The notes under the pieces were generated by a model, which ran no database searches, was not told where the DNA came from, and saw nothing but the letters and a program-made list of their open reading frames with translations. The position numbers and the translations under genes were made by a program. Positions 8,444-17,677 of a stretch of DNA of 64,000 bases are shown in pieces. Origin of the DNA: Thermodesulfobacteriota bacterium (GTDB taxonomy: Bacteria > Desulfobacterota > Desulfobacteria > Desulfobacterales > SURF-7); contig JBMORA010000033.1 of the NCBI GenBank assembly GCA_049320885.1, positions 32,001 through 96,000 of the forward strand, in the 5' to 3' direction. Within the stretch, counting starts at the first letter, position 1. Each line of letters starts with the position of its first letter.

Positions 8444-10716
8444 AACCGGAGCCGATGGAACTGACGGAAGTCATCCGGGGAATCCATGTGGAACCCCTTG
8501 AGCTGACGCAACCCCTGCCGGAAATCGCCGGTCATTTTGCCGCCGAACCGGGAACCGTATTGTTGTTGAGCGGCGGCGATCTGGATTGCGCCCGCTATCA
8601 CTTCCTGGCCGTAGATCCCTGGCTGCAGTTGCGCGGCAGCGGCCGCGACATGACCCTGGTCACCGGCAACCGGCGGACCGAATTTGCCGCCGACCCCTTC
8701 GAGACCCTCGATTTCCTGCTCTCCGCTTGCCGGCTGCCATCGCCGGACCTGGCCCTGCCGGTGGGGGCCGGGCTCTTCGGCTATCTGTCCTATGACCTGA
8801 AAGACCGCCTGGAAAACCTGCCCCGGACCTCCATGGATGCAGCGGGTTTGCCCCAGATCTGCCTGTATGCTCCCGGAATTCTAGTGGTTCAGGACAAGCT
8901 CGCGGACCGCTCCTGGCTGTGTTTGCCGAAATTCGAGGGGCGGAATGAAGCCTCGGTTCAGCGGCAAATCGCGGCCTTTCGGGAGAAAATCTGCCGGCCC
9001 CTGCCGCCGGACGGGGGCTTTTCCGGCAATCCGGACGGGTTCCGATCGGATTTCACCAGGGAAGAATACGAGGCCGCCGTGCAAACCATCCGGGAATACA
9101 TCGCCGCCGGCGATGTCTACCAGGTCAACATGTCCCAGCGCTTTGAAATGACGTTCCACGGCGACGGGTACCATCTGTTCAAATCCCTTTACCGCCGGAA
9201 TCCGGCTCCTTTTTTTGCCTACATCCAGGCCGGCGATCACCAGATCGTTTCCACCTCCCCCGAACGCTTTCTGAAGCAGCGGGGCCGCGCCATCGAAACC
9301 CGGCCCATCAAGGGCACCCGGCCCCGGGGAACCACAGCCGAGGAGGATGCCGCCTCCGGCGAACAGTTGCGGAACAACCCCAAGGACGATGCCGAGCTGT
9401 CCATGATCGTGGATCTGCTGCGCAACGACCTGGGCCGGGTTTGCCGGGCCGGCTCCGTGCAGGTTACGCAGCACAAACGCCTGGAGGCCTATCAGAATGT
9501 ATTTCACCTGGTTTCCGTGGTGGAAGGCCGCCTGGAGGAAGACAAAACCGCGGTGGATCTGCTCCGGGCGACGTTTCCGGGGGGCTCCATCACCGGCTGC
9601 CCGAAAATCCGCGCCATGGAAATCATCGACGAACTGGAACCGGTGCGCCGCCATATCTATACCGGCGCCATCGGCTATTTCGGCTTTCATGACACCATGG
9701 ATCTGTCCATCGCCATCCGCACCGCCGTCATCCACGAGGGCCGGATTGTTTTTTCCGTGGGCGGCGGCATTGTCTTTGATTCGGTTCCGGCCGACGAATA
9801 CGCCGAAACCCTGCACAAAGGCAAAACTTTGATGGAGGCTTTTGCCGGCGAAGGAACCCCATCCGCGGAACCGTCCCCGGTGGTCTGGATCAACGGCCGC
9901 TGCCGGAATCCGGACCAGGCCGGGATTCCCATTACGGATTTGGGGGTTCAATACGGCTTCGGTTTCTTTGAAACCATCCGGGTCCATCATGGGACGCCCC
10001 TGCACCTTGCCGATCATCTCCGGCGTTTCAATCGGACCTGGGGCCGGCTGTTTCCTTCGTCTCCGCCGGATCTCACCTGGGACGACATCATCCGGGAAAC
10101 CGTCAGACGCAATGGGCTGGAAGATCGGGTCAGCGCCGTGAAAATCATCGCCACCCGAGGTACCCGGCTGCGGCCGCCCGTGGATCATACCCTGGCGGTC
10201 CTGGCCCGGCCCTATGTCCACCGCCTGGAGGCGACCCAAAAGAACGGCCTGGATCTGGCCACCTATCCGGAACCCCGCCGGACGCCCCTGGCGGATTATA
10301 AAACATTGAATTATCTGTATTATCATCTTGCCGGCGAGTGGGCCCGGGAAAACGGGGCGGATGAGGCCCTGATCCTGAATCCGGACGGCACGGTTTCCGA
10401 GACCAACTCCGCCAGCCTGGTGGTCATCCGGGACCGGGACCTGATTCGCCCGGAATCCCCTGCGGTGCTGCCGGGCGTCATGGCTGAACAGGTGTGCGGG
10501 CTGCTGTCCAAGGAAGGGTTTAGCGTGCAGACCCGGCCGGTCCATCCCCGGGAGTTGACCACCGCCGACATGGTGCTGATGACCAATGCCCTCATCGGGG
10601 CGGTGCCGATTCTGCACCTGGACGGCTTTGCCCTGAAGCCGCCGTCCGATCTCTGGCGCCGGATCAACGCGCAAGTGCTGGCGCCGCCCCCCATGGACGA
10701 ATATCCAGCCGGATGA
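8440..10716 (+). CDS. pabB: Aminodeoxychorismate synthase component I fused to ADC-lyase (aminotransferase class IV) domain
   Basis: GDVYQVN, STSPERFL, TRPIKGT, MIVDLLRNDL, FPGGSITGCPK; C-terminal QYGFGFFETIR, DYKTLNY (PLP Lys), LPGVM. Confidence 0.9.
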   Translation: MKPEPMELTEVIRGIHVEPLELTQPLPEIAGHFAAEPGTVLLLSGGDLDCARYHFLAVDPWLQLRGSGRDMTLVTGNRRTEFAADPFETLDFLLSACRLPSPDLALPVGAGLFGYLSYDLKDRLENLPRTSMDAAGLPQICLYAPGILVVQDKLADRSWLCLPKFEGRNEASVQRQIAAFREKICRPLPPDGGFSGNPDGFRSDFTREEYEAAVQTIREYIAAGDVYQVNMSQRFEMTFHGDGYHLFKSLYRRNPAPFFAYIQAGDHQIVSTSPERFLKQRGRAIETRPIKGTRPRGTTAEEDAASGEQLRNNPKDDAELSMIVDLLRNDLGRVCRAGSVQVTQHKRLEAYQNVFHLVSVVEGRLEEDKTAVDLLRATFPGGSITGCPKIRAMEIIDELEPVRRHIYTGAIGYFGFHDTMDLSIAIRTAVIHEGRIVFSVGGGIVFDSVPADEYAETLHKGKTLMEAFAGEGTPSAEPSPVVWINGRCRNPDQAGIPITDLGVQYGFGFFETIRVHHGTPLHLADHLRRFNRTWGRLFPSSPPDLTWDDIIRETVRRNGLEDRVSAVKIIATRGTRLRPPVDHTLAVLARPYVHRLEATQKNGLDLATYPEPRRTPLADYKTLNYLYYHLAGEWARENGADEALILNPDGTVSETNSASLVVIRDRDLIRPESPAVLPGVMAEQVCGLLSKEGFSVQTRPVHPRELTTADMVLMTNALIGAVPILHLDGFALKPPSDLWRRINAQVLAPPPMDEYPAG

Positions 10717-10764
10717 ATTTTTGGGTCTTGCAATCCGGCGGTTCATTTGCTAACGAACGTTCGT

Positions 10765-11247
10765 ATGCGAACGAACCATCCCGAACCGAAATATTTCATT
10801 TGCTCCCTGGCTTCCCAGGCTGTCCGCAAGATGGTGGCGTATTACAACAGCGTCCTGGAACCCCTGGGATTGACGGCCCAGCAGGTGATGGCCCTGGGGG
10901 TGCTCTGGCGGGGGGAAAATATGAGTCTGGGGGAATTCGCCGGCCGGGCCGGCATCGGCAAGGCCGCCGCCGTCACCATGATTCAGCGCCTGGAAAACAT
11001 GCAACTGGTCCGGCGCAAGCCGCATCCGGAAGACGCCCGCCTGAATGTGCTGACCCTGACCGAAAAGGCGCGGGGCCTGGCACCCGGACTCCTGGCAACC
11101 GGCGGCAAACTGGAGCGCTCCATCGAGGCCGCCGTGGGACCGGAAACCATGGCAGCCCTGATCAAAGGCCTCACCACCATCTGCGAACTGGATATCGACC
11201 ACCTGAAATCCGCATCCAAAAATCGTGAACAAAGGAACAGCTCATGA
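10765..11247 (+). CDS. MarR-family transcriptional regulator
   Basis: LGLTAQQ..AL..LW, wHTH, RLE...LV.R..HPEDAR...L.LTEK. Confidence 0.88.
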   Translation: MRTNHPEPKYFICSLASQAVRKMVAYYNSVLEPLGLTAQQVMALGVLWRGENMSLGEFAGRAGIGKAAAVTMIQRLENMQLVRRKPHPEDARLNVLTLTEKARGLAPGLLATGGKLERSIEAAVGPETMAALIKGLTTICELDIDHLKSASKNREQRNSS

Positions 11248-11948
11248 ATCCCGTTTCGTCAGCTCTTGCCCAAGGACAGCGGGCTCTTTCCGAATATCAA
11301 TCCAAGGAACTGCTCCGCGCCTATGACATCCCCGTAACCCGGGAAATTCTCACCGAACATGTGGCGGACGCCATCCGCGCCGCCGGGGAAATCGGCTATC
11401 CGGTTGCCTTGAAAGCCTGCGCGCCGGAACTGATGCACAAGAGCGAATCCGGGGCCGTCGCCCTGAATTTGAAAAACGAGGAAGACATCCGGGAAGCCCA
11501 TGAACGGATCAGCGCCGGGCTGGCGCCGGCCAAAACGGCCATGCTGGTGCAGGAAATGATCGCGGGTCAGCGGGAGCTGGTGATCGGACTGACCCGCGAT
11601 CCCCAATTCGGTCCCTGCGTCATGCTGGGGCTGGGCGGGATTCTGACCGAAATCCTTCAGGACACCGTCTTCCGGGCGGCGCCGTTCGATCTCATCGAGG
11701 CCCGGGACATGGTCCGGGAACTGCGCGGGAAGGCCATCCTGGAGGCCTTTCGCGGTCAACGGCCGGCGGATCTCGATACTCTTCTGCGGGCCCTGGTTGC
11801 CGTGGGCCGGATCGGTCTGGAACAACCGGCCGTGACCGAGCTGGATATCAACCCGTTGATCATCGATCCTGCCGGGCGTATCGTGGCCGTGGACGCCCTT
11901 GTGGTCCTGAACCCGAATCCGGCGGCAGCAGGAGGGCAGAACACATGA
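11244..11948 (+). CDS. ADP-forming acyl-CoA synthetase beta subunit (ATP-grasp)
   Basis: LSEYQSKELL, IGYPVALK, HKSESGAV, ELVIGLTRDPQFGP, ELDINPL. Confidence 0.9.
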   Translation: MNPVSSALAQGQRALSEYQSKELLRAYDIPVTREILTEHVADAIRAAGEIGYPVALKACAPELMHKSESGAVALNLKNEEDIREAHERISAGLAPAKTAMLVQEMIAGQRELVIGLTRDPQFGPCVMLGLGGILTEILQDTVFRAAPFDLIEARDMVRELRGKAILEAFRGQRPADLDTLLRALVAVGRIGLEQPAVTELDINPLIIDPAGRIVAVDALVVLNPNPAAAGGQNT

Positions 11949-13417
11949 TTCCGTCGATCCAGGAAAATCCGCTTTACGCCATCGCCAATCCGGGCAGCAT
12001 CGCCTTCTTCGGCGCGTCCAACAATTTCAGCGCCATGGGAACCAATATCCTCCAATCCGTTCAGTCCCTGGGATATGCCGGCCGGATCTATCCGGTCCAT
12101 CCCAAGGAAAAACGGGTCATGAACCTCCCGGCCCACGCGGATGTGGCCGATCTCCCGGAAACGCCGGACATGGCCTTCATCGTTCTGCCCACGGATATCG
12201 TCATTCCGACACTGGAGGCCTGCGGCCGTAAGGGCATCCGCCATGCCGTGATCGTTTCCGCCGGATTTAACGAGGTGGGCGGCAAAGGCGTCGACCTGCA
12301 GCAAGAACTGCTCCGGGTGGCCCGGCAATACGGCATCCGTTTTTCCGGACCGAACTGCATCGGCGTGGTGAACCCGCATCACCGCTTGAACGCCACTTTC
12401 CTGCCCTATGAAGCTCGGCCGGGGTTCATCGGCATCGCTTCCCAGAGCGGCAGCTTCGTCACCCAGATGTTCAACTACCTGGATCGCTTCGGGCTGGGCT
12501 TCAGCACCGGCTTCAGCCTGGGCAATGAAGCCGATATCGATCTGGTGGACGCCATCGAATATCTGGGAGCCTGCCCGCACACCCGGGTCATCGCCATGTA
12601 TGTGGAATCCATCCGCCGGGGCAGGGCCTTCATCGAAGCCGCGAGATCCATCATCCCCCGGAAGCCGGTGGTGGCCTTTTATGTGGGCGGCTCCGAAGCC
12701 GGCAAGCGCGCCTGTTTTTCCCATACCGGCGCGCTGGCCGGATCGGACCGGCTGTATGACGGCATTTTCCGGCAAAGCGGGGTGATCCGGGCCCGCTCCA
12801 TCGAGGAAATGTTCGATTTCTGTTACGCCTTCGGCGCTTCGCCCCCGCCCCGGGGAAACCGGGTCATCATTCAAACCCATTCGGGCGGACCGGGGGCGGC
12901 CGCGGCCGACGCCGGGGGTCGGGCCGGGCTGGCGCTGCCGGCCTTGACAGATGAAACCGTCCGGAAACTGGCGCCGTATATGCCCCACACCGGCAGCAGC
13001 GCCAATCCCATCGATCTCACCTATACCAAAAACCCCCTGGACTATTTCCACACCATTCCCGATATCCTGCTGGAGGATGCCGATGCGGATGCGCTGCTGG
13101 TGTATTTTCTGGCCTCCTCCGGCATGGTCCGCCGCGCCCTGGAGGGCCTGGGAATCCCCCAGGAAGAATCCGCGGCCCATGCGGAAAAAATCATCGCCGA
13201 TCAATGCAAGGCCATCGCTTCCCTCGTGGAAAAGCACCGGAAACCACTCATCGGCTATTCGTTCCTGACCCGGGAGAATCCTTTTATCCGGGGCCTCCAG
13301 GATCTCGGCGTGCCGGTCCTGGGCAGCCCGGAACGGGCCGCGCGGGCCGCCGGGGCCATGGCAACCTACGTGCAGCTGAAGCAGAAAATTCTGGAAAGCG
13401 AGAAATCTTCGAGCTGA
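11945..13417 (+). CDS. ADP-forming acyl-CoA synthetase alpha subunit (CoA-binding)
   Basis: SIAFFGAS, SAGFNE, GPNCIG, ASQSGS, SLGNEAD, phospho-His motif SHTGALAG, NPIDLT. Confidence 0.9.
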   Translation: MIPSIQENPLYAIANPGSIAFFGASNNFSAMGTNILQSVQSLGYAGRIYPVHPKEKRVMNLPAHADVADLPETPDMAFIVLPTDIVIPTLEACGRKGIRHAVIVSAGFNEVGGKGVDLQQELLRVARQYGIRFSGPNCIGVVNPHHRLNATFLPYEARPGFIGIASQSGSFVTQMFNYLDRFGLGFSTGFSLGNEADIDLVDAIEYLGACPHTRVIAMYVESIRRGRAFIEAARSIIPRKPVVAFYVGGSEAGKRACFSHTGALAGSDRLYDGIFRQSGVIRARSIEEMFDFCYAFGASPPPRGNRVIIQTHSGGPGAAAADAGGRAGLALPALTDETVRKLAPYMPHTGSSANPIDLTYTKNPLDYFHTIPDILLEDADADALLVYFLASSGMVRRALEGLGIPQEESAAHAEKIIADQCKAIASLVEKHRKPLIGYSFLTRENPFIRGLQDLGVPVLGSPERAARAAGAMATYVQLKQKILESEKSSS

Positions 13418-13559
13418 AATCGAAAACGGATAAGTGTAGCGAGTGGTTGAATAGATCAGTGATGACGTTTGACCAAGATCTTCATTTTTATGATCGGTTC
13501 ACCCCTTCACCCCTCCCATTGTCGAACCAGGAAATAGGCGCGTGCCGAGAATTCGGGGT

Positions 13560-13601
13560 TTGACTTATTAAATGACCATGGTATTATGACCTTGTCATAA
13601 T
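13560..13601 (+). promoter_or_regulatory. Sigma70-type promoter with overlapping inverted-repeat operator for the TA operon
   Basis: TTGACT (13560-13565), 16 nt, TATTAT (13582-13587); perfect IR ATTATGAC-ctt-GTCATAAT (13583-13601). Confidence 0.65.
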
Positions 13602-13658
13602 GGTCAGTCCAAGGCCTGAAGGACCAGTTGCGGGGAAGCGTAAAGAGGAATCGGCAAC

Positions 13659-13892
13659 ATGGAAAAGCAGATATCGAAATCACAATTTAAACCTAGGGTT
13701 TTGCAACTTTTCAGGGAAATTGAACGAACGGGCAGGGCGCTGATCATCACCGACCGGGGCAAACCGGTGCTGAAGATCGAACCCTATGCTGAAAAGCCGT
13801 CCGACATCTTGAAAATACTTAGAAATACGGTTATCAAATATGAAGATCCAACCGCACCTGTTGGCCTGGATGACTGGGAATCGCTAACATGA
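13659..13892 (+). CDS. Phd/YefM-family antitoxin
   Basis: ISKSQFK..L.LFREIE.TG..LIITDRGKPVLKI; overlaps the PIN toxin start. Confidence 0.88.
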   Translation: MEKQISKSQFKPRVLQLFREIERTGRALIITDRGKPVLKIEPYAEKPSDILKILRNTVIKYEDPTAPVGLDDWESLT

Positions 13893-14284
13893 TCGTCCTC
13901 GATACGCATGCTTGGGTATGGTATGTCAGCAACCCCGAAAATTTTTCCCGAAAAGCAAAAAAAGCGATAGATGACGCGCTGGATCAGCAACAAATCTATA
14001 TTTCCTCAATCAGCGCATGGGAAATTGCGATGCTGGCTTCCAAAAAACGGTTGGAACTGGCTCTCACAGTAGAGGACTGGATTGCAAAATCAGAAAAATT
14101 ACCTTTCTTTCATTTTATTCCGGTTGATAATGCCATTGCGGTTAAGTCGGTTGGTTTACCCCAGCCTTTCCATAATGATCCGGCAGACCGGATCATTATA
14201 GCGACCGCGTTATTATTGGGTGCGGCGGTCATCACCAAAGATGAAAAAATACGGAATTACCCGCATGTAAGAACCATCTGGTAG
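13889..14284 (+). CDS. vapC: VapC-like PIN-domain toxin
   Basis: IVLDTHAWVW, ISSISAWEI, HNDPADRIIIATA, ITKD. Confidence 0.9.
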   Translation: MIVLDTHAWVWYVSNPENFSRKAKKAIDDALDQQQIYISSISAWEIAMLASKKRLELALTVEDWIAKSEKLPFFHFIPVDNAIAVKSVGLPQPFHNDPADRIIIATALLLGAAVITKDEKIRNYPHVRTIW

Positions 14285-14420
14285 AATTACAACACGAAAA
14301 AAGTCCCGCTTACTTTCAACTAATCGTATGTTCAGAGGGAAACGGTTTAGCGGCGTTACACCACCCACTGCGTTCAAAAAGAAATGGACATAACCTGATT
14401 AACGGATATAATGGGAAGCA

Positions 14421-14539
14421 GGGGCATGTGGTCGCATCTTAAAAATTAATTATTTTCTTTCCGATCCGATCGACCCGCACTATCTTAACGGCACCACATT
14501 ATCAATACTTGATATTTTAGATGCGACCCTTCTGTTTCC
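14421..14539. repeat. 119-bp element with terminal inverted repeats, copy 1 (REP/MITE-like)
   Basis: GGTCGCATCT...AGATGCGACC inverted ends; aligns without gaps to 19065-19183 with 15 mismatches by manual count. Confidence 0.8.
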
Positions 14540-14584
14540 TCATTATCAATACTTGATATTTTAGATGCGACCCTTCTGTTTCCT
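14497..14584. repeat. Exact 44-bp tandem duplication
   Basis: CATTATCAATACTTGATATTTTAGATGCGACCCTTCTGTTTCCT at 14497-14540 and 14541-14584. Confidence 0.95.
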
Positions 14585-14896
14585 TTCCGTTTTGTTGCCG
14601 TAGTGATCCGTGACAGTGAGAAGATCCGATGCGGCATCATAGGCATAAAAGGTCGAAAAGACCGCTTCGCGCTCGTCGGCTTCATTGTATTCGTCAACTT
14701 CGATGATCCTGCCGAGATAGTCGCGTTTCTCCACTTTCCGGTTATTGTCCGGGTCGGTGATGTTTGGAAAATCACATCTTCCGCTCTTAAAACGCTTTTT
14801 TCAGCCCCAAAAACATCATTCTAAGACCTCAAAATGGTCTGTTTTTTATCCTAACCAATTGATAGTAATAGGTTCTACTTGGTCCGACAAGAAATC
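14584..14896. repeat. 313-bp direct repeat, copy 1 (Rhs stub plus ~135-bp non-coding leader)
   Basis: Matches 17527-17839 at offset 2943 with about 8 mismatches by manual count. Confidence 0.95.
14585..14762 (-). pseudogene. Truncated Rhs/YD-repeat stub
   Basis: Encodes ITDPDNNRKVEKRDYLGRIIEVDEY...DHYGNKTE, the same as the start of the Rhs ORF at 17677, and is cut off at the tandem-duplicated element. Confidence 0.8.
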
Positions 14897-14967
14897 CAGA
14901 AATCGTTTGCAAGCAGTTACCTATGTCCGGCAAGAAATCAAAATCATTCTCTATTGGCCTGTCTTCT

Positions 14968-15384
14968 TCACTTCATCTTAATTAATTTACCATTATTTTT
15001 ATCTATACGCCATCTTGTTGTATTGCTATCTCTATTGGTGTGCTCTATAAACTCAAGAACATTATCCTTGCTATAAAAGTATTTAAAAATATCTGTTATC
15101 TTATCTTCGACTTGTCCGTTATTTAAATTCCACTTTTGATGTTTTTCATAATAATCGATAGTACCATCTTTATTGTAGTAAACAGTTAAATAAGCGTCTT
15201 TATAATCCGCTATTTCTTCTGAAGTCATCTCATAACTAGGATCAGGTTCAATTGGTATTGTCATAAGATTAGCTCTTTTATAGTAATATGGGCCACCGAT
15301 GCGATCGCTATGTGCATTGCATGAAAAATTTATCAATAAAACTAAAAATATAAAAAAAAAGATACAAATATTAAATTTTAGCAT
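14968..15384 (-). CDS. Putative Rhs immunity lipoprotein
   Basis: AT-rich ORF directly downstream of the Rhs toxin tip; start MLKFNICIFFFIFLVLLINFSC (hydrophobic stretch then Cys) after GAGAGGA RBS. Confidence 0.7.
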   Translation of the reverse strand: MLKFNICIFFFIFLVLLINFSCNAHSDRIGGPYYYKRANLMTIPIEPDPSYEMTSEEIADYKDAYLTVYYNKDGTIDYYEKHQKWNLNNGQVEDKITDIFKYFYSKDNVLEFIEHTNRDSNTTRWRIDKNNGKLIKMK

Positions 15385-15415
15385 TGAAAATTTTCCTCTC
15401 TTATAATGTAGCTTC

Positions 15416-17677
15416 TTATTCATTTTTCCGAGAACGTTCCTGGGCTTTTTCATTAAGATGATTGACCATATCGGATTGAAATGTTTGGCATTCTTGAGCA
15501 AATGAATCAACTCCAATTCTATAGCTTCCCTCAAATGAGTGCGCATAGTTCTCCATCTCTTGTTTAGCTTCTTCACAAGTCATCTCAGAATTTCTTATTT
15601 CTAAATTATACACTCTATCCGCTGGCTTCCCCTCATATGGATCATGATCTTCTTCTCCGCCAGGAAAAACACCGACACCGTTTACAATTCCTCTAACGCC
15701 AGTCAGCGCTTCATAGTTACTGACCCGCTTCTCAGGGTACAATCCCCAACTTTTTACATCAGGAGTTCTAGGATTAGCTTCGGACCAATAATGACCCCAC
15801 TTGGTTCTCTCTGGATCTTTTTTAAACAGATCAGGATCAATTTGCTTAAATTCAATATCTGTGCAAACCACAATCGATTCTGAAACCGATTGACTGCTAT
15901 TCCCCTCACTATTATCGTTTCCTGATTCACTCGATCCATTTGAGTTGGAGCCACCAAAAAGTCCTGCCACACCTCGACAGAAATTTCCTATAGCTCCGGA
16001 TATTCCTTCGCCGTCGTCCCAAGAATGGCCAGTCGGATCAATATATTTTAGCGGATTGTTTCTTGCATAAGCATATCGGTTCAAACCTTGCGGATCATAG
16101 TAATTAGGCCAAATATTATCCGCACTAACAAACACCCCCAATATCGGATCATACAACCGCGCCCTATAGTTGTAGAGCCCGATCTCGGCATCCTGCTCCT
16201 GGTCCGTGAACTTATAGTTCGATACGGTCTGATGATTGCCGGAGCGGTTCTGGCCGAAGGGCATGTATTGGGTGGTTTCGCTGCCGGTAGCGGGATTGCC
16301 GCTTGCGTCGGTGACGATGGTGGAGCTGCCGAGGTGGTCCTTGTGATAATAATGGATTTCTTCCCCTTCTCCGGTATTCGTTATCTTCGCGATCCGCTGG
16401 TTGTTGGCGAATATATATCTTACCGGCACGCCGTTGACAATCTCGTATTCCCTGGTGACGTAGAGGGTCGTACCGGCGGTTGTCTCTTTCCTGACCCTGC
16501 TGTTGTCCGCATCATACAAGAGGTGGGTTGTACGGGTCTCGCCGTTTTTGGTGTAATCGATCTTCTCCGCCATGTTGTCGATGCTGAAGGTGATCTCGCG
16601 CACGGCCGGAGCGGTGATGTCGCTCAAATCCCAGCCCCTGGTCATGTTGCCTTTGCGGTCGTATTCGAATTGATAGGACGCGCCGTTCCGCTTGATGGTT
16701 TTCACCGCATGGGGGTGGGTAGAATCATAACCGTATTCCATGACGAAATCGGCCGGGTATTTCGGATCGCGTTCCGGGGCCTCCTGCTTCAAGCGATGCA
16801 GGCTGTCGTAATTGTAATACGCTTCAAGCTGATTGGGATTATCCCGGATAAACCGGACGTCTCCCGCCGGAGAATATTGGTATTCCAATTCCTGCAAAAT
16901 GCCGGCTTCAGAAACAGTATATGTCTGGGCCGACGTCATGCGCAGGGAATACGGATCGTACCCGTAATTCGTATAGACGACCCCACCGCCGTATTTTATG
17001 GAACCGACACTGCCGGACGGATTGTACCCCTCGAACTCGGCATAACCAACATTCCTGACCAGCCCGGTTTTAGGGTAATAGTCGTAGGTCACCGTCCCGA
17101 GCTCATCAGGCCACAGGATGCTCCGCAATTTTCCGGCGACATCGTATTGGTATTTAATCAGATAGCTTTGCTCGCCGATCGCCTTGCCGGTTTTGACGAC
17201 CCGGCCCATGCTGTCATATTCATAGGCCGCCATAACCGTTGCGGGGGTCCGGTGATCCTCCGAGTAATGCAGCCGGCCGACGCCGTTTTCCGGGGATGTG
17301 TCGTAATGAAATTCCACATACCCTTTATCGACGCCGCCGGATAGATAGGCACGCCGGGTGATCCGGCCCAGGGCGTCCGGCGTGAACGCAACGGATTCCA
17401 CCACCGCATCGCCTTCGCCCAGCAGATACTGGCCGGTCAGCACGCCGTTGCGGTTATATTCATACCGCCGGTTGCCCATGTCCGGATCGCTCATCCGGGT
17501 CTTGCGGCCCAGCGTATCGTAAATCATTTCCGTTTTGTTGCCGTAGTGATCCGTGACAGTGAGAAGATCCGATGCGGCATCATAGGCATAAAAGGTCGAA
17601 AAAACCGCTTCGCGCTCGTCGGCTTCATTGTATTCGTCAACTTCGATGATCCTGCCGAGATAGTCGCGTTTCTCCAC
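15416..17677 (-). CDS. Orphan Rhs/YD-repeat protein with C-terminal toxin domain
   Basis: YD repeats (YDTLGR, YDSMGR, YDSLHR), core motifs YYHKDHLGS, GLYNYRARLYDP, NRYAYARNNPLKYIDPTG, then a low-GC C-terminal domain. Confidence 0.9.
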   Translation of the reverse strand: MEKRDYLGRIIEVDEYNEADEREAVFSTFYAYDAASDLLTVTDHYGNKTEMIYDTLGRKTRMSDPDMGNRRYEYNRNGVLTGQYLLGEGDAVVESVAFTPDALGRITRRAYLSGGVDKGYVEFHYDTSPENGVGRLHYSEDHRTPATVMAAYEYDSMGRVVKTGKAIGEQSYLIKYQYDVAGKLRSILWPDELGTVTYDYYPKTGLVRNVGYAEFEGYNPSGSVGSIKYGGGVVYTNYGYDPYSLRMTSAQTYTVSEAGILQELEYQYSPAGDVRFIRDNPNQLEAYYNYDSLHRLKQEAPERDPKYPADFVMEYGYDSTHPHAVKTIKRNGASYQFEYDRKGNMTRGWDLSDITAPAVREITFSIDNMAEKIDYTKNGETRTTHLLYDADNSRVRKETTAGTTLYVTREYEIVNGVPVRYIFANNQRIAKITNTGEGEEIHYYHKDHLGSSTIVTDASGNPATGSETTQYMPFGQNRSGNHQTVSNYKFTDQEQDAEIGLYNYRARLYDPILGVFVSADNIWPNYYDPQGLNRYAYARNNPLKYIDPTGHSWDDGEGISGAIGNFCRGVAGLFGGSNSNGSSESGNDNSEGNSSQSVSESIVVCTDIEFKQIDPDLFKKDPERTKWGHYWSEANPRTPDVKSWGLYPEKRVSNYEALTGVRGIVNGVGVFPGGEEDHDPYEGKPADRVYNLEIRNSEMTCEEAKQEMENYAHSFEGSYRIGVDSFAQECQTFQSDMVNHLNEKAQERSRKNE

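Noticed and set aside
7826..10716. Calling these genes trpG/trpE
   Set aside because: The PIKGT motif and fused ADC-lyase domain favour pabA/pabB-pabC; no other trp genes nearby
14421..14600. Possible CRISPR array from the repeated 44-mer
   Set aside because: Only two abutting copies, no spacers, no cas genes
14845..14895. XerC/D dif-like site in the repeated leader
   Set aside because: No convincing 11-6-11 match to XerC/XerD arms; the IHF consensus fits better
15385..15576. Long N-terminal extension of the immunity ORF (start 15576)
   Set aside because: Overlaps the toxin; RBS and signal peptide support the start at 15384
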